From positions 129,776 through 193,775 of the forward strand of contig JAQULM010000002.1 of assembly GCA_028718605.1 (NCBI GenBank): a stretch of 64,000 bases of DNA, in the 5' to 3' direction. Within the stretch, counting starts at the first letter, position 1. Each line of letters opens with the position of its first letter. Below, piece by piece: positions 47,601 to 57,767 of the stretch. The notes below the pieces were generated by a model. That model did no database searches. It saw only the letters and a list, made by a program, of their open reading frames with translations, and had not been told where the DNA came from. A program made the translations under genes and the position numbers. This stretch comes from Patescibacteria group bacterium. GTDB lineage: Bacteria > Patescibacteriota > Patescibacteriia > UBA10025 > JAHIVO01.

Positions 47601-48839
47601 ATGAAAAAACGTTCGATTGTTCTGGCTGTATTTTTTTTGCTCGCTCTGTGCATTCCGACGGTCATCAGCGCGCAGAGTGCTCTCAATACACACTATAAGA
47701 ACTTCCTCGAGCCGATTCTCGACAGCATACGGGCTAATCTGCCGCAACCGGATATTACCGTACCCGAAGGCGACACTGTGAAAGATAACTATGTGCGCGC
47801 CGCCGATTCTATTACGATCGATGGCGCGGTTGACGGCGACGTAATCGTCGCAGCGTACGAAGTGACAGTAAATGGAAACGTGACGGGCGACGTGATTGCT
47901 GCCGGCGAAAAAGTCAGAATCAATGGCACCATCGGCGGTAACGTGCGGGTTGCCGGCGAAGAGGTCTTGGTAAATGGTTCAGTCGGAAAAAACTGCACGC
48001 TGCTCGCTGCAACCGCAATGATCACCGAACGCGCACATATCGGATGGTCGCTTGCATTTGCAGGATCAAACGTCACTGTGCAGGGGCCTGTCGGCGGCAG
48101 CCTCTATGGCTATGGCGGCACGATACAACTCAAAAGCACGGTCGGAACCAATGCAACATTGATTCTCGATGAAAAAGGCTCCGCTGCACTCGAAGACGGC
48201 GCGCTCATCAGCGGCGACCTGAACTACCGGAGCGACGGCAATGTTACCGTTGCACAGGGCGCGACGGTCAAGGGTGAAACAATCCATCGCTTTACGCCCC
48301 CACGGGTACTGGAAGCGCGGAAATTCCTGTCGGGTTCGTGGATATTCTTCAAAGCAATCGAACTGCTCGGCCTGCTCGTGGTCGGAACGATTATCATCAG
48401 CATATTTGAGAAGCAAGCACGTGCTGTCAGCGGAGCTCTCTGGACACGTGCCGGAATAAAAATTCTCAAGGGTCTCCTGGTACTGCTCGGAATACCATTG
48501 GCAATCATTGTCTGCGCGATAACGATCGTCGGCATGCCTGTTGCAGCCATCGCCGGCGGCATCTATTGCCTCCTCATATACATCGCCCCGGTTTGTATTG
48601 GTTTTTCAATTGGGGAGTATATACTCCGCGTCCGCGTGAAAGCGGAAAAGCCGATCGCCCCGATCTGGACGATGATGCTCGGCACGGCGATTGTTTTTAT
48701 TCTTACGTCGATCCCGCGCGTCGGATGGATTTTCTCGCTCGGGAGCGCGCTGCTCTTCCTCGGAACGCTCTGGACATTTATCCCCTGGCGTAGTAAAAAG
48801 CAGGACGTCTCAAACGCAACCCTGAAAAAAAGCCAATAA
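47601..48839 (+). CDS. Secreted membrane protein with bactofilin-like (polymer-forming, beta-helical) G-x-V/I repeats and C-terminal 4-TM domain
   Basis: Signal peptide MKKRSIVLAVFFLLALCIPTVISAQS. Repeats VDGDVIVAAYEVTVNGNVTGDVIAAGEKVRINGTIGGNVRVAG... Hydrophobic C-terminal half. Confidence 0.5.
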   Translation: MKKRSIVLAVFFLLALCIPTVISAQSALNTHYKNFLEPILDSIRANLPQPDITVPEGDTVKDNYVRAADSITIDGAVDGDVIVAAYEVTVNGNVTGDVIAAGEKVRINGTIGGNVRVAGEEVLVNGSVGKNCTLLAATAMITERAHIGWSLAFAGSNVTVQGPVGGSLYGYGGTIQLKSTVGTNATLILDEKGSAALEDGALISGDLNYRSDGNVTVAQGATVKGETIHRFTPPRVLEARKFLSGSWIFFKAIELLGLLVVGTIIISIFEKQARAVSGALWTRAGIKILKGLLVLLGIPLAIIVCAITIVGMPVAAIAGGIYCLLIYIAPVCIGFSIGEYILRVRVKAEKPIAPIWTMMLGTAIVFILTSIPRVGWIFSLGSALLFLGTLWTFIPWRSKKQDVSNATLKKSQ

Positions 48840-48865
48840 AAACCGATAATAGATTACGACTCCCT

Positions 48866-51076
48866 ATGGCTGAACGAAAAATATTTTCAAACCCAGAAGA
48901 ACGCCAACGTTATCTTGGCGAACTGATAGTGGAATACCACCAGGGCATTGAAAACGCGACACCCGCCGAATTCAAAAACAACCCGGTATTTGACCTGGCG
49001 AATGACGGTTCAATTTCTCTGACCTTAACGCGCGAACGGGTCGAACTGTGGAACCTTGAAGGATGGCTCGCGAATTACAAAAAAGAGGCTGAACACTCGA
49101 CAGGCGGCATCCGCGGCCCGCAAAATATATTGTACCCATGGGATCCCCGCTTCCCCTTAAACCAAATTGGCGTTGCCCTCGCAACACTCGGGAAGAGCCT
49201 CGTGTTGAAAGAAAAACTGCCGGGGCGCGATATCCATAAAATCGTTTCCGGCGAAGTCAGGTACAACACAAAACGATACATCGATATTATTTCGCGAATC
49301 CACGCGGCGAATGGCATCTACACCCACCAAGTTCCCAATAATGAAACCACGGCTGTATGGCTCGTATCATTCGTCATATTCATGCTCGACTACGACGGCG
49401 GTGAATACGTGACCTCGAGCCACGCGATGAGCAGCAAAATCGCGACGAAAGACCTCGACACCCAAGGCAGTCAATTCCTCCCTGAGATGTCGCTTGCTTT
49501 TATCGCAAAAATTGAGGAGATCATTAAAAAAGCGAAGGAGTCGCCTGATGGCTACACGATCACACTCGCCCCGAAAAAAAATCCGCATACGATCCAAGAT
49601 TTCGACGGGTATGACCTGTACATGAACTACTTGCGGGATGGCGTCGCGACGGACGAGAATCTCCAGCTCATCAAAGATGCTACCCAAAACGGCATGCGGC
49701 TGATGTATGAAACCGTCGGTGGGTGCATGTACCGGACTATGGTCCCTTTGCTGAAGAAATTCGGCATCCTCGAACCATTTGAATGGAATAACAAGGAGGA
49801 AGACCCCTATTTCCACGGCATCGGCAAAACACGGCAGACCAACCCGGCAACCGGAAAAGAGCAATACTTCGACTTATCCTGCGACGCGTGCCTCTCGGAA
49901 GTCGTTGACACAATGTACTACGAGCACATCCTTCGTGATAAGCCGATCGGGTATGTCGTACTCATCACCGACCCAGATGGAGACCGGCTCGTTCTTGGGC
50001 AGGTGGAGCCCGCATCAAACGCATCGCTCATCAGCGATCTCGGTTTGTACTATATTCCGATCAATGAAGAAAAAATCGTATCGATTTACCATCCGACGTT
50101 TTCCTTCCTGATGATCATGGATTTCCACATGAAACGCCTCAAACAAACTGGGCATTGGGATGACCACGCGCGGTTCATCATGACCACGACGCCTTCGTCC
50201 CGCGCATGGGATGAATGGGCTCGAGCAAACGGAATGGCGGTCCTCACAACGCCGGTCGGCATCAAGGAAATTGCGAACCTCATGAAGAAAGCGGAAAAAA
50301 AACTATTTGCAAATCCGGCAGAGCCGGTCGTGATGGATGATGTATGGAAGCAAAACATTACGCTCGGTATCGACCCACGGATCGCGTTTGCTGGCGAGGA
50401 AAGCGGTGGTATGGTCATCGGCCCGGAAAATATTATCCAGAGTAAGGCTGGGAGAAAAGCGCTCGCCATGCGGGAAAAAAGCGCTGGCGAAGCGTCGATC
50501 ATCGCGACCGCACTCGCCGCGCATCTTTACCAAGAAAAAAAATCGATGGCTGAATATTTACAGCAAATCTTCCAGGAAAATAACATCAAGTACCGGTACT
50601 ACAACCGCGCGGATATCACCTACTACAACGAGAGCGAACCGGACCCGGTAAAACTTCTTGCAGAAAAAACAGCAGGTGAACAAAAACGCGACGCAATCGA
50701 TCTGTACTGCCTCGGGCTCGCGCTTTCGCTAAAAGATAAGCGCATCACGATCGATGACGCCCGCACAATCCTTGCGGAGGCGATGCCGGAACTCGACTTC
50801 GCGTCGCTCGAAAACATCGTGTTCACTGGCGATGCGACGTACTTCGCGTTCCACAATATGTTCGTACAGATACGGAAATCCGGTACCGATGCCAAGCTTC
50901 GCGGATACAGCAACGGGGACAATAATGAAAAAATCAAGCGATACCTCGACGTCATGGTCCACTACTCCGGAGCGATTACCCCCCTCTATAATAAAAAAAT
51001 CCCTGCAACCTTCCGCTCAACCATCTACGATACGACGAAAAAGCTGTATGATCACTACCTTTACGTGGGTTTATAA
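48866..51076 (+). CDS. Alpha-D-phosphohexomutase-family protein (PGM/PMM-like), large variant
   Basis: Metal loop ITDPDGDRLVLG (DxDGDR). Sugar-binding AGEESGGMVIG. Ser-loop-like STGGIRGP near the N-terminus. 736 aa is longer than typical. Confidence 0.55.
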   Translation: MAERKIFSNPEERQRYLGELIVEYHQGIENATPAEFKNNPVFDLANDGSISLTLTRERVELWNLEGWLANYKKEAEHSTGGIRGPQNILYPWDPRFPLNQIGVALATLGKSLVLKEKLPGRDIHKIVSGEVRYNTKRYIDIISRIHAANGIYTHQVPNNETTAVWLVSFVIFMLDYDGGEYVTSSHAMSSKIATKDLDTQGSQFLPEMSLAFIAKIEEIIKKAKESPDGYTITLAPKKNPHTIQDFDGYDLYMNYLRDGVATDENLQLIKDATQNGMRLMYETVGGCMYRTMVPLLKKFGILEPFEWNNKEEDPYFHGIGKTRQTNPATGKEQYFDLSCDACLSEVVDTMYYEHILRDKPIGYVVLITDPDGDRLVLGQVEPASNASLISDLGLYYIPINEEKIVSIYHPTFSFLMIMDFHMKRLKQTGHWDDHARFIMTTTPSSRAWDEWARANGMAVLTTPVGIKEIANLMKKAEKKLFANPAEPVVMDDVWKQNITLGIDPRIAFAGEESGGMVIGPENIIQSKAGRKALAMREKSAGEASIIATALAAHLYQEKKSMAEYLQQIFQENNIKYRYYNRADITYYNESEPDPVKLLAEKTAGEQKRDAIDLYCLGLALSLKDKRITIDDARTILAEAMPELDFASLENIVFTGDATYFAFHNMFVQIRKSGTDAKLRGYSNGDNNEKIKRYLDVMVHYSGAITPLYNKKIPATFRSTIYDTTKKLYDHYLYVGL

Positions 51077-51079
51077 CGT

Positions 51080-51751
51080 ATGATACGCGGCGTTATCTTT
51101 GACATGGACGGGGTAATCATTGACTCGGAACCGCTGTGGGAAGAAGCGAATTCACAATTCCTTGCAAACCACGGTGCAGTTATCCAAAACACGCCCGCGC
51201 AGGAAAAGTTCTGGAATACGCACGTCAGGGGAAGGACTGAGCGTTACGGAATGCGATTGATACAGAAGCGTTTTAAACTCCAGGGCCCGCTCAATAAACT
51301 CATGGAGGAAAAAATTGCGCTCGTGCTCGCTCTGTTCAAACGCAAGCTCACCCTGGTACCAGGTTCACTGCAGCTGATAAAAAAGCTCTCTACCGAAGGA
51401 TTTCGCGTCGGCCTCGCCTCATCTTCACCCCTGCGGGTAATCCAATATGTAATTCGCCGGTACCGGTTGCGGCCGTACCTAACGGCATACCTGTCAGGAA
51501 ACTCGTGCCGGCACGGCAAACCGCATCCTGAATCATTCCTCAGGACAGCACGCCTCATGCATGTCGCTCCCCGCAATACAGTCGTTATCGAGGACTCAGG
51601 CAATGGTGTCACTGCCGCAATACGCGCTGGCATGCATTGCATTGCTTTGAAACAACCGTATATGCCATTGAGTCGCCTCCGTGCTGCGCATGCCATTGTC
51701 CGGAAGCTCAATCGCGCCACCATCGACCAAATAATCACCATTCTGCAATAA
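51080..51751 (+). CDS. HAD-superfamily hydrolase, subfamily IA (beta-phosphoglucomutase-like)
   Basis: Motif I VIFDMDGVIIDSE; HAD motifs II-IV (LASSS, ...K..., EDSGNGV). Confidence 0.8.
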   Translation: MIRGVIFDMDGVIIDSEPLWEEANSQFLANHGAVIQNTPAQEKFWNTHVRGRTERYGMRLIQKRFKLQGPLNKLMEEKIALVLALFKRKLTLVPGSLQLIKKLSTEGFRVGLASSSPLRVIQYVIRRYRLRPYLTAYLSGNSCRHGKPHPESFLRTARLMHVAPRNTVVIEDSGNGVTAAIRAGMHCIALKQPYMPLSRLRAAHAIVRKLNRATIDQIITILQ

Positions 51752-51761
51752 TTACTACGGT

Positions 51762-53291
51762 ATGAAACTCAAACGCCCCCTTGCTTTAATCATCATGGAC
51801 GGATGGGGCATCGGTGAAAACGACGAACACAATCCGATTTTCCTCGCCGATACGCCAAATATTGACTTCCTCATGAAGACATACCCGCATACGATCATCG
51901 GCGCCGCAGGCGAATTTATCGGCTTAACGCCTGGGCACCAGGGATCGTCAGAAATCGGCCATTTGATCATTGGCGCGGGGAGGAACGTACTGCTCCCGCA
52001 AACGCAAATCAAGCATGCGATGGACACCGGCGAAATCATGAATAACCCGGCATACCTGCACTCGCTTGAGGTGCTCAAAAAAACCAACGGCCGGCTCCAT
52101 TTAATGGGATTACTGTCTGACCAGGGAGTGCATTCATACGACAGAGCGTGCCACCTGCTCCTCAAGCTCGCAAAGGACGCGGGCGTTCCGAATGAACGAA
52201 TTTTTATCCATGTTTTTTCGGACGGCCGCGATGTCGGGCCCCAAACTTCAAAACTGTACACCGGCCGGCTCGCTGCAATCGGCATCGGGCGCGTTGCGAG
52301 CATCATGGGCCGGTACTGGGCAATGGACCGCGACCACCGCTGGGAACGGGTTGAAAAAGCGTATACGATGCTCACTGAAGGAAAGGCAGACTATGAAGCG
52401 TCGTCCGTTGAAGCAGCAATTGATATGGCATATAAACGCGATGAAACGGACGAATTCATCAAACCAACAGTTATTCTGCGCGATGGATGTTTCAATGATG
52501 GCGATGTAGTATGGAACTTCTGCTACCGCGTCGATCGTGAGATTGAAATAACACAGGCGCTCATCGAAACAAGCTTCACGGAATTTAAGCGGGCGAAACG
52601 CCCCGCGATCCACTACGTCGCGATGACGGATTACTACGAGGGAATCCCATGCCCGGTCGCATTTGTCCGCCAGTTCCCGAAAAATACGCTCGGTGAAATA
52701 TTGAGCAAAAACGGCCTTGCCCAATTTCGCTGTACTGAAACGGAAAAATGGGTGTACGTTACAAAAATTTTTAACGGCTTGCAGGAGGATCCGTTCCCCG
52801 GTGAAGTTCGTAAATTGATTCCGTCCGACAAAATCGCAACATACGACCTGAAGCCGGAGATGAAAGCGATGGAAATCGCGAAGGAACTCGTCCAGTACCT
52901 GCATCAACGGGCGTTCGACGTGTACATCGTCAACTTTGCAAATCCCGACATGCTCGGGCACACCGGCAACAAAAAAGCCATTATGAAAGGGATCCACGTA
53001 GTTGACACCGCAATCGGGCTCGTATACGAGGAACTTATGAACGTCGGCGGCACCGCACTCATCACCGCAGATCACGGTGATGCAGAAATCATCTGGGATA
53101 AAAAACTCCAGCAGCCGCACACGTTCCACTCCGATAACCACGTCCCTTTTATTTTCATTGATGATGAACACAAAACGGCAACGCTCCGCGAAATGGGCAC
53201 ACTTCGGGACGTCGCACCAACGGTACTCAACTGTATCGGCATCAAACAACCGCCGGAGATGACCGGCAGCTCACTTATTGCACGCCTATGA
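51762..53291 (+). CDS. gpmI: 2,3-bisphosphoglycerate-independent phosphoglycerate mutase
   Basis: N-terminus KRPLALIIMDGWGIGENDEHN; metal-binding DGRDV and ITADHGDAE. Confidence 0.9.
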   Translation: MKLKRPLALIIMDGWGIGENDEHNPIFLADTPNIDFLMKTYPHTIIGAAGEFIGLTPGHQGSSEIGHLIIGAGRNVLLPQTQIKHAMDTGEIMNNPAYLHSLEVLKKTNGRLHLMGLLSDQGVHSYDRACHLLLKLAKDAGVPNERIFIHVFSDGRDVGPQTSKLYTGRLAAIGIGRVASIMGRYWAMDRDHRWERVEKAYTMLTEGKADYEASSVEAAIDMAYKRDETDEFIKPTVILRDGCFNDGDVVWNFCYRVDREIEITQALIETSFTEFKRAKRPAIHYVAMTDYYEGIPCPVAFVRQFPKNTLGEILSKNGLAQFRCTETEKWVYVTKIFNGLQEDPFPGEVRKLIPSDKIATYDLKPEMKAMEIAKELVQYLHQRAFDVYIVNFANPDMLGHTGNKKAIMKGIHVVDTAIGLVYEELMNVGGTALITADHGDAEIIWDKKLQQPHTFHSDNHVPFIFIDDEHKTATLREMGTLRDVAPTVLNCIGIKQPPEMTGSSLIARL

Positions 53292-54079
53292 TCGGCATAT
53301 TTGACTCTGGCATCGGTGGCCTGACCATCGTACGCGAAGTATTCAAGCAGCTCCCGGACCGGCAGCTGGTATATTTTGGCGACACCGCGCGTACTCCGTA
53401 CGGAAATAAAAGTGCAGACACCATTATCCAGTATGCGCTCGAGGATACGGAATTCCTCCTCTCTCAGGGCGCAAAAATCATCGTTGTCGCATGCAATACC
53501 GCGTCAGCAGTTGCCACCGACGCAATCAAAAAACGGTACCCCGACGTACCACTGTTCGAGGTGATCACCCCTGCCGTATCGGCGGCGGTCAAACGCACCA
53601 AAAACAGACGGATTGGCGTTATCGGCACCCGGGCTACGGTACAGAGCATGATTTACCAAAAAAAAATCGAAATGATGCACAATGACTGTACGATCATCAG
53701 CAAACCATGCCCGCTCTTCGTCCCCCTCGTGGAGGAAAATTTTATCAACGACCCGATCACGAAGATGATCGCGCGGCGCTATTTGCGCCCCTTGCGCTTG
53801 CAACAGATCGACACGCTCATCCTCGGCTGTACCCACTACCCGTTGATTAAAAGCATCATCCAAATTAAAATCGGCAAACGCGTATCGCTGATCGACCCAG
53901 CAGAGCAAACAGTCGCTGAGCTTAAAAAGTACATCGAGGAGCATCCTGATATCGAGCGCCAACCGCCGAAAAACAGCGAACACCACTTTTTCTTCAGTGA
54001 CGTAGCGCCCCACCTCAAGCAACTTGCGGCGCAGTGGCTTGATACAAAAATACAGCCTCTGCTCCACCGCCTCCGCTAA
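53288..54079 (+). CDS. murI: Glutamate racemase
   Basis: MIGIFDSGIGGLTIV...; catalytic VVACNTAS and GCTHYPL. Confidence 0.9.
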   Translation: MIGIFDSGIGGLTIVREVFKQLPDRQLVYFGDTARTPYGNKSADTIIQYALEDTEFLLSQGAKIIVVACNTASAVATDAIKKRYPDVPLFEVITPAVSAAVKRTKNRRIGVIGTRATVQSMIYQKKIEMMHNDCTIISKPCPLFVPLVEENFINDPITKMIARRYLRPLRLQQIDTLILGCTHYPLIKSIIQIKIGKRVSLIDPAEQTVAELKKYIEEHPDIERQPPKNSEHHFFFSDVAPHLKQLAAQWLDTKIQPLLHRLR

Positions 54080-54097
54080 TGCACCCAGGAGGATGCC

Positions 54098-56617
54098 TTA
54101 GGAATCTTGCGAGGAAAGATCGCCCAAATCATGGCCTCCCGCCGCCGGTTGGGCTGGTTTCTGTTCCGGCACCGCACCTTTGCGCGTTTGCTTCGGGACA
54201 GACCGCCTACGATCCTGCCGTCCAGTTTCCCGTTTTTTCGGCATTCTGCCTTTTTCTGGCAGCGCCGCTTCGGCCGCTGCTGGTTCCTGCCCTTTTCCCC
54301 GAATTTCTGAAGCACCTCCGGAAACACCCTCGTCAACCGCTTCGAGCGTGATCACCGTGCCCTTTCCGGGAAGCGTCGGCGCTGCAGCCGCTTCTTTTGG
54401 TTTGAGCTCAACCTTCAATCGAATCAACCCTTGCCGCCTACCGACGGTAATCGGGCGGCTTTTAAACGTCTCGTATCCGTTCTTCACGGCGACGAGGTAG
54501 TATGAACCAGGGGCTACGAGTGCAGTGAACTGGCCACGGCTATTCGTCACGCGAGTACCCAGAAGCGTGCTCTTCTCTGCATTATAAATCCTGACGACTG
54601 CCATAGAAATCGGCTCGCCAGTTTCAGCGTCCTGCGTTACGCCCCACGACCGTTCGAGGATCCCGCCGATGAGATATTTAATGAAAATCAGCGCCGTATA
54701 CAAACTTAATATGGCATAATTGGCAATCACAGGATCGAGTACGAGCGCAAGCCAACTCAATACAGTGCCAGTAATCAACAGTGGCGTACTGACTCGCTCA
54801 AGTATAAACCCGATGCGATTCAGGATGCGCAGCCATCGCAACCGTGACTCTGGCACGGCTTCGGTATCCGGGTCTATCGGGATATTAATATTGAGCGTAC
54901 CTGCATCTTTCTCGCTGACCGTAAACGTATCCCCCCGGTAAATATTTTCATACTGGCTGATAGCTGCTGTTTTTAAAATATGTGACGGAAAAATATACCC
55001 GGGACGCACCACGGTCACGTAATACTCCCCCGGCTCAACCAAAAAGCCGAATCGGCCCTGCGCGTCGGTGATCTGGCTCTCCCGGAGTTTATTGAATTCG
55101 CGGGAAAAAATTCTCACAATCGCACGGCGGATTGGCCGGCCTGTCGTGCTGTCGAATACCGATCCCCACGACCGCTTGCGCTTGCCAAAGGCGACCGGCG
55201 CGAGCCACAGGTAGCTGAACCTGAAAAATAAATATATAATGTTTATTAACTGGAAAGACGTAATGGTAGTCGCCGTGACACCCGTTGCAACAATAATGGC
55301 GGCGGTCGTTACGGAAGGCTCAACAATCTGGTTCAGGATCGACGTGACGGTCGGGTTATTGCGAATATCGCCAATGGTATTGCCGATGGCATCCGTAATG
55401 GCGCGGATCGGCTTCGGGAGCGCTTCTTCGATTTTATCCAGTATCTTCGCTGCCGGTGGCGCGGTATCGTCATTGGTTTGGGGGGTACTTCCGTCATCGC
55501 CCGGCTGTCCATCCGGCGGAACTGGCGTCGTTGGGGCGCCAATAGTAAATGACTCCGATGCGCTGGTACTATTGCCCGCGAAGTCGTATGCGAGCGCACG
55601 GACAGTATGTTTGCCATCAGCTAATTCGGGGAGTGTATACGGCGTTGTCGCACCGACGTCAACCAGAACAACCGCGAGTCCGTCAACTGATATACCATAG
55701 TGGTGGATGCCGGATGTCGCATCGGTCGTTTCAAAACTGATGCGCGGCGTTTTATTTTGCGTTCGCTTCCCATCAAGGAGGTCGATCGAGAATTCGAGCG
55801 GAGGAGTTCTATCAATCTGGACCTTATAGTGCCCTGCTGGGCCCCAGCCATCCTCATTCTCCGCGCGAACGTGGAAATACCACGTCCCGTCACCCGTTTC
55901 CGTATAGCTTGACGACCGGCCAGTCGTATCGCGAATTGTATCAGGAGTGGTGCTTGCTTGGTCGTCAAATGCGTAGCTGAAACCAGTGACGCCGCTTTGC
56001 TGCGTCCATTCGAATGTACTGTCAGCAACCGCATACCACAGTGCTTGCTCAGGATGCGTCGGAGAGGTGATCGTCGGAGCTACGGGGAGATGCTTCTCCT
56101 CTTCAGGTGGCGGCGGGGGGGGCGGAGGTGGCTCGCCTGGTTCTGAAACTGTATATGTTCCTCCCGCACTGCCAGTGAGTACATTGGTGCCCAATCCGTC
56201 GTTCGCGAGCACGCTCGCTGAACCGATCGTCACATTTGCTGTACCCGCTACTAACGCGTGAAATGTAATAGTGATAATCCCGCCGCCAGAACCGGTATAC
56301 CCTGGATTGGGCACGCCTCCCGCGAATGTTATAGTGCCGCTCGCATTCGAGTACGAAGGCGTGACCGGCCATAATGAAAATACTCCCGCTTGGGAAATGG
56401 CGGTTACCTCGAGAATATCATTAGGGTATGTTACGGTCGCCTGGGCTGAATTGATCGCAACCCCCGCCGTATTGACGCCGACAGAGACATTAAAGCTCCC
56501 GCCAACGGTCGGAGAAGCGGACGACGGTGCGAGATAGAGCGTTGCTGCATGCGCGGCAGCAGGAAACAGTACGCAACATGCAACAATCCAAAGTGCTATG
56601 GAAAAACGCCGTGCCAT
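54098..56617 (-). CDS. Large cell-surface protein: signal peptide, cohesin-like domain, poly-Pro linker, Ig-like domains, TM segment, CarboxypepD_reg/Cna-B-like repeats, basic C-tail
   Basis: Signal peptide MARRFSIALWIVACCVLFPAAAHA. Cohesin-like block ...VTYPNDILEV...FSLWP...ITITFHALVAGTANVTI...LANDGLGT. PPPPPPPPP linker. Repeats GRPIRRAIVRIF / GEPISMAVVRIYN. Confidence 0.65.
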   Translation of the reverse strand: MARRFSIALWIVACCVLFPAAAHAATLYLAPSSASPTVGGSFNVSVGVNTAGVAINSAQATVTYPNDILEVTAISQAGVFSLWPVTPSYSNASGTITFAGGVPNPGYTGSGGGIITITFHALVAGTANVTIGSASVLANDGLGTNVLTGSAGGTYTVSEPGEPPPPPPPPPEEEKHLPVAPTITSPTHPEQALWYAVADSTFEWTQQSGVTGFSYAFDDQASTTPDTIRDTTGRSSSYTETGDGTWYFHVRAENEDGWGPAGHYKVQIDRTPPLEFSIDLLDGKRTQNKTPRISFETTDATSGIHHYGISVDGLAVVLVDVGATTPYTLPELADGKHTVRALAYDFAGNSTSASESFTIGAPTTPVPPDGQPGDDGSTPQTNDDTAPPAAKILDKIEEALPKPIRAITDAIGNTIGDIRNNPTVTSILNQIVEPSVTTAAIIVATGVTATTITSFQLINIIYLFFRFSYLWLAPVAFGKRKRSWGSVFDSTTGRPIRRAIVRIFSREFNKLRESQITDAQGRFGFLVEPGEYYVTVVRPGYIFPSHILKTAAISQYENIYRGDTFTVSEKDAGTLNINIPIDPDTEAVPESRLRWLRILNRIGFILERVSTPLLITGTVLSWLALVLDPVIANYAILSLYTALIFIKYLIGGILERSWGVTQDAETGEPISMAVVRIYNAEKSTLLGTRVTNSRGQFTALVAPGSYYLVAVKNGYETFKSRPITVGRRQGLIRLKVELKPKEAAAAPTLPGKGTVITLEAVDEGVSGGASEIRGKGQEPAAAEAALPEKGRMPKKRETGRQDRRRSVPKQTRKGAVPEQKPAQPAAGGHDLGDLSSQDS

Positions 56618-56626
56618 AGGAATGCG

Positions 56627-57766
56627 CTACCGTTTACGATTTGAGCGGAGCCCAAGCAGCAAAAGCGCTGAGAGCAGCAGTATCGCTGCAAGCGCAAAAA
56701 GTATTTTCGTGCCGTACGCCTGGACTGTACCCCGAGTACTCCGCTGATAGAATTGGTAGGTTGTCGAGTTGCCGGCAACGTCATATGCGACGACGCGGAC
56801 TGTTTGCAAATTATCTGAGCTCTGGAGCACATGGGGAGATACTGCACGCTGGGTTCGGGTGCCGGCTTCGTACACATCGTAGTGGTCAATGCCTGACATC
56901 TTATCGGTCGCCGAAAATACAATAAACGCCTTCCCCCCGTACAGCGTCGGCTCTGCTGATGAAAAAGCGGTAACCGTCCCCGGAGAGGTGCCGTCGATCA
57001 TGACGCGGCGGCTGCCGGCAATCTTCCATTCTTCGCCGGGAAGCTTTTCACGCAGGATAAAGTAATGGACGCCGTCGGCGAGATTTAAAAATGTCACAGT
57101 ACCAACAACGTCTTCACGATCATCATCCGGTATCTCGCTGACTGAATCACTGACGACATAGCTGTATCCTGCACCTGGCGTAGCAGTCCAATTGACCGTG
57201 AAATCACGCTCCCGGTACCACGTCTTCTCTGAAGGGTGCGTGGGCGAAATAATAGAAAACGACGTCGCAGGCGTGATATCAACTATTCCTGAATTCAACG
57301 TCAGCGGAGCTTCGGTCCCAAGTCCATCGTTTAACAGGACGTGTGTCACATCATCTTGAAAACCAATCTCCACCCCGCCAGTTGCGAACGCCTGGAATGT
57401 AATCGTGACAACAATTCCGCCAGAAACGTAGCTGCCGCTCGGGATGCCGCCAATCATGGTGATAACGCCTGCCTCTCGGTCAACCGCCGGCTCCTCAGGC
57501 CAGAGCGTCAAAAATGATCCACCGCGTGATACGCCAATAACCTCCAACATATCTGCCGGATAGGTAACCGCTGCCTCAACAGCATTGATCACCTGCTGAT
57601 CGCTGGATATATGCACGAGAACATCAAAAACCTTACCCTGTTCGAATTTCTTCTCTGCTGCATCCGCAGAAAGTGACGCAGCATCCGCATGATGGGCGAT
57701 GGCAGACACGCCTGCGATGATGCCAGTTACAATGCACACGATGTATAAATATCTCTTCATACGCAT
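56627..57766 (-). CDS. Cohesin-like-domain surface protein (paralogue of the upstream large protein), C-terminal TM anchor
   Basis: Block AVTYPADMLEVIGVSRGGSFLTLWPE...VVTITFQAFATGGVEIGF...LLNDGLGT is shared with 54098..56617. C-terminal LFALAAILLLSALLLLGL followed by RSNRKR. Confidence 0.6.
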   Translation of the reverse strand: MRMKRYLYIVCIVTGIIAGVSAIAHHADAASLSADAAEKKFEQGKVFDVLVHISSDQQVINAVEAAVTYPADMLEVIGVSRGGSFLTLWPEEPAVDREAGVITMIGGIPSGSYVSGGIVVTITFQAFATGGVEIGFQDDVTHVLLNDGLGTEAPLTLNSGIVDITPATSFSIISPTHPSEKTWYRERDFTVNWTATPGAGYSYVVSDSVSEIPDDDREDVVGTVTFLNLADGVHYFILREKLPGEEWKIAGSRRVMIDGTSPGTVTAFSSAEPTLYGGKAFIVFSATDKMSGIDHYDVYEAGTRTQRAVSPHVLQSSDNLQTVRVVAYDVAGNSTTYQFYQRSTRGTVQAYGTKILFALAAILLLSALLLLGLRSNRKR

Positions 57767-57767
57767 A

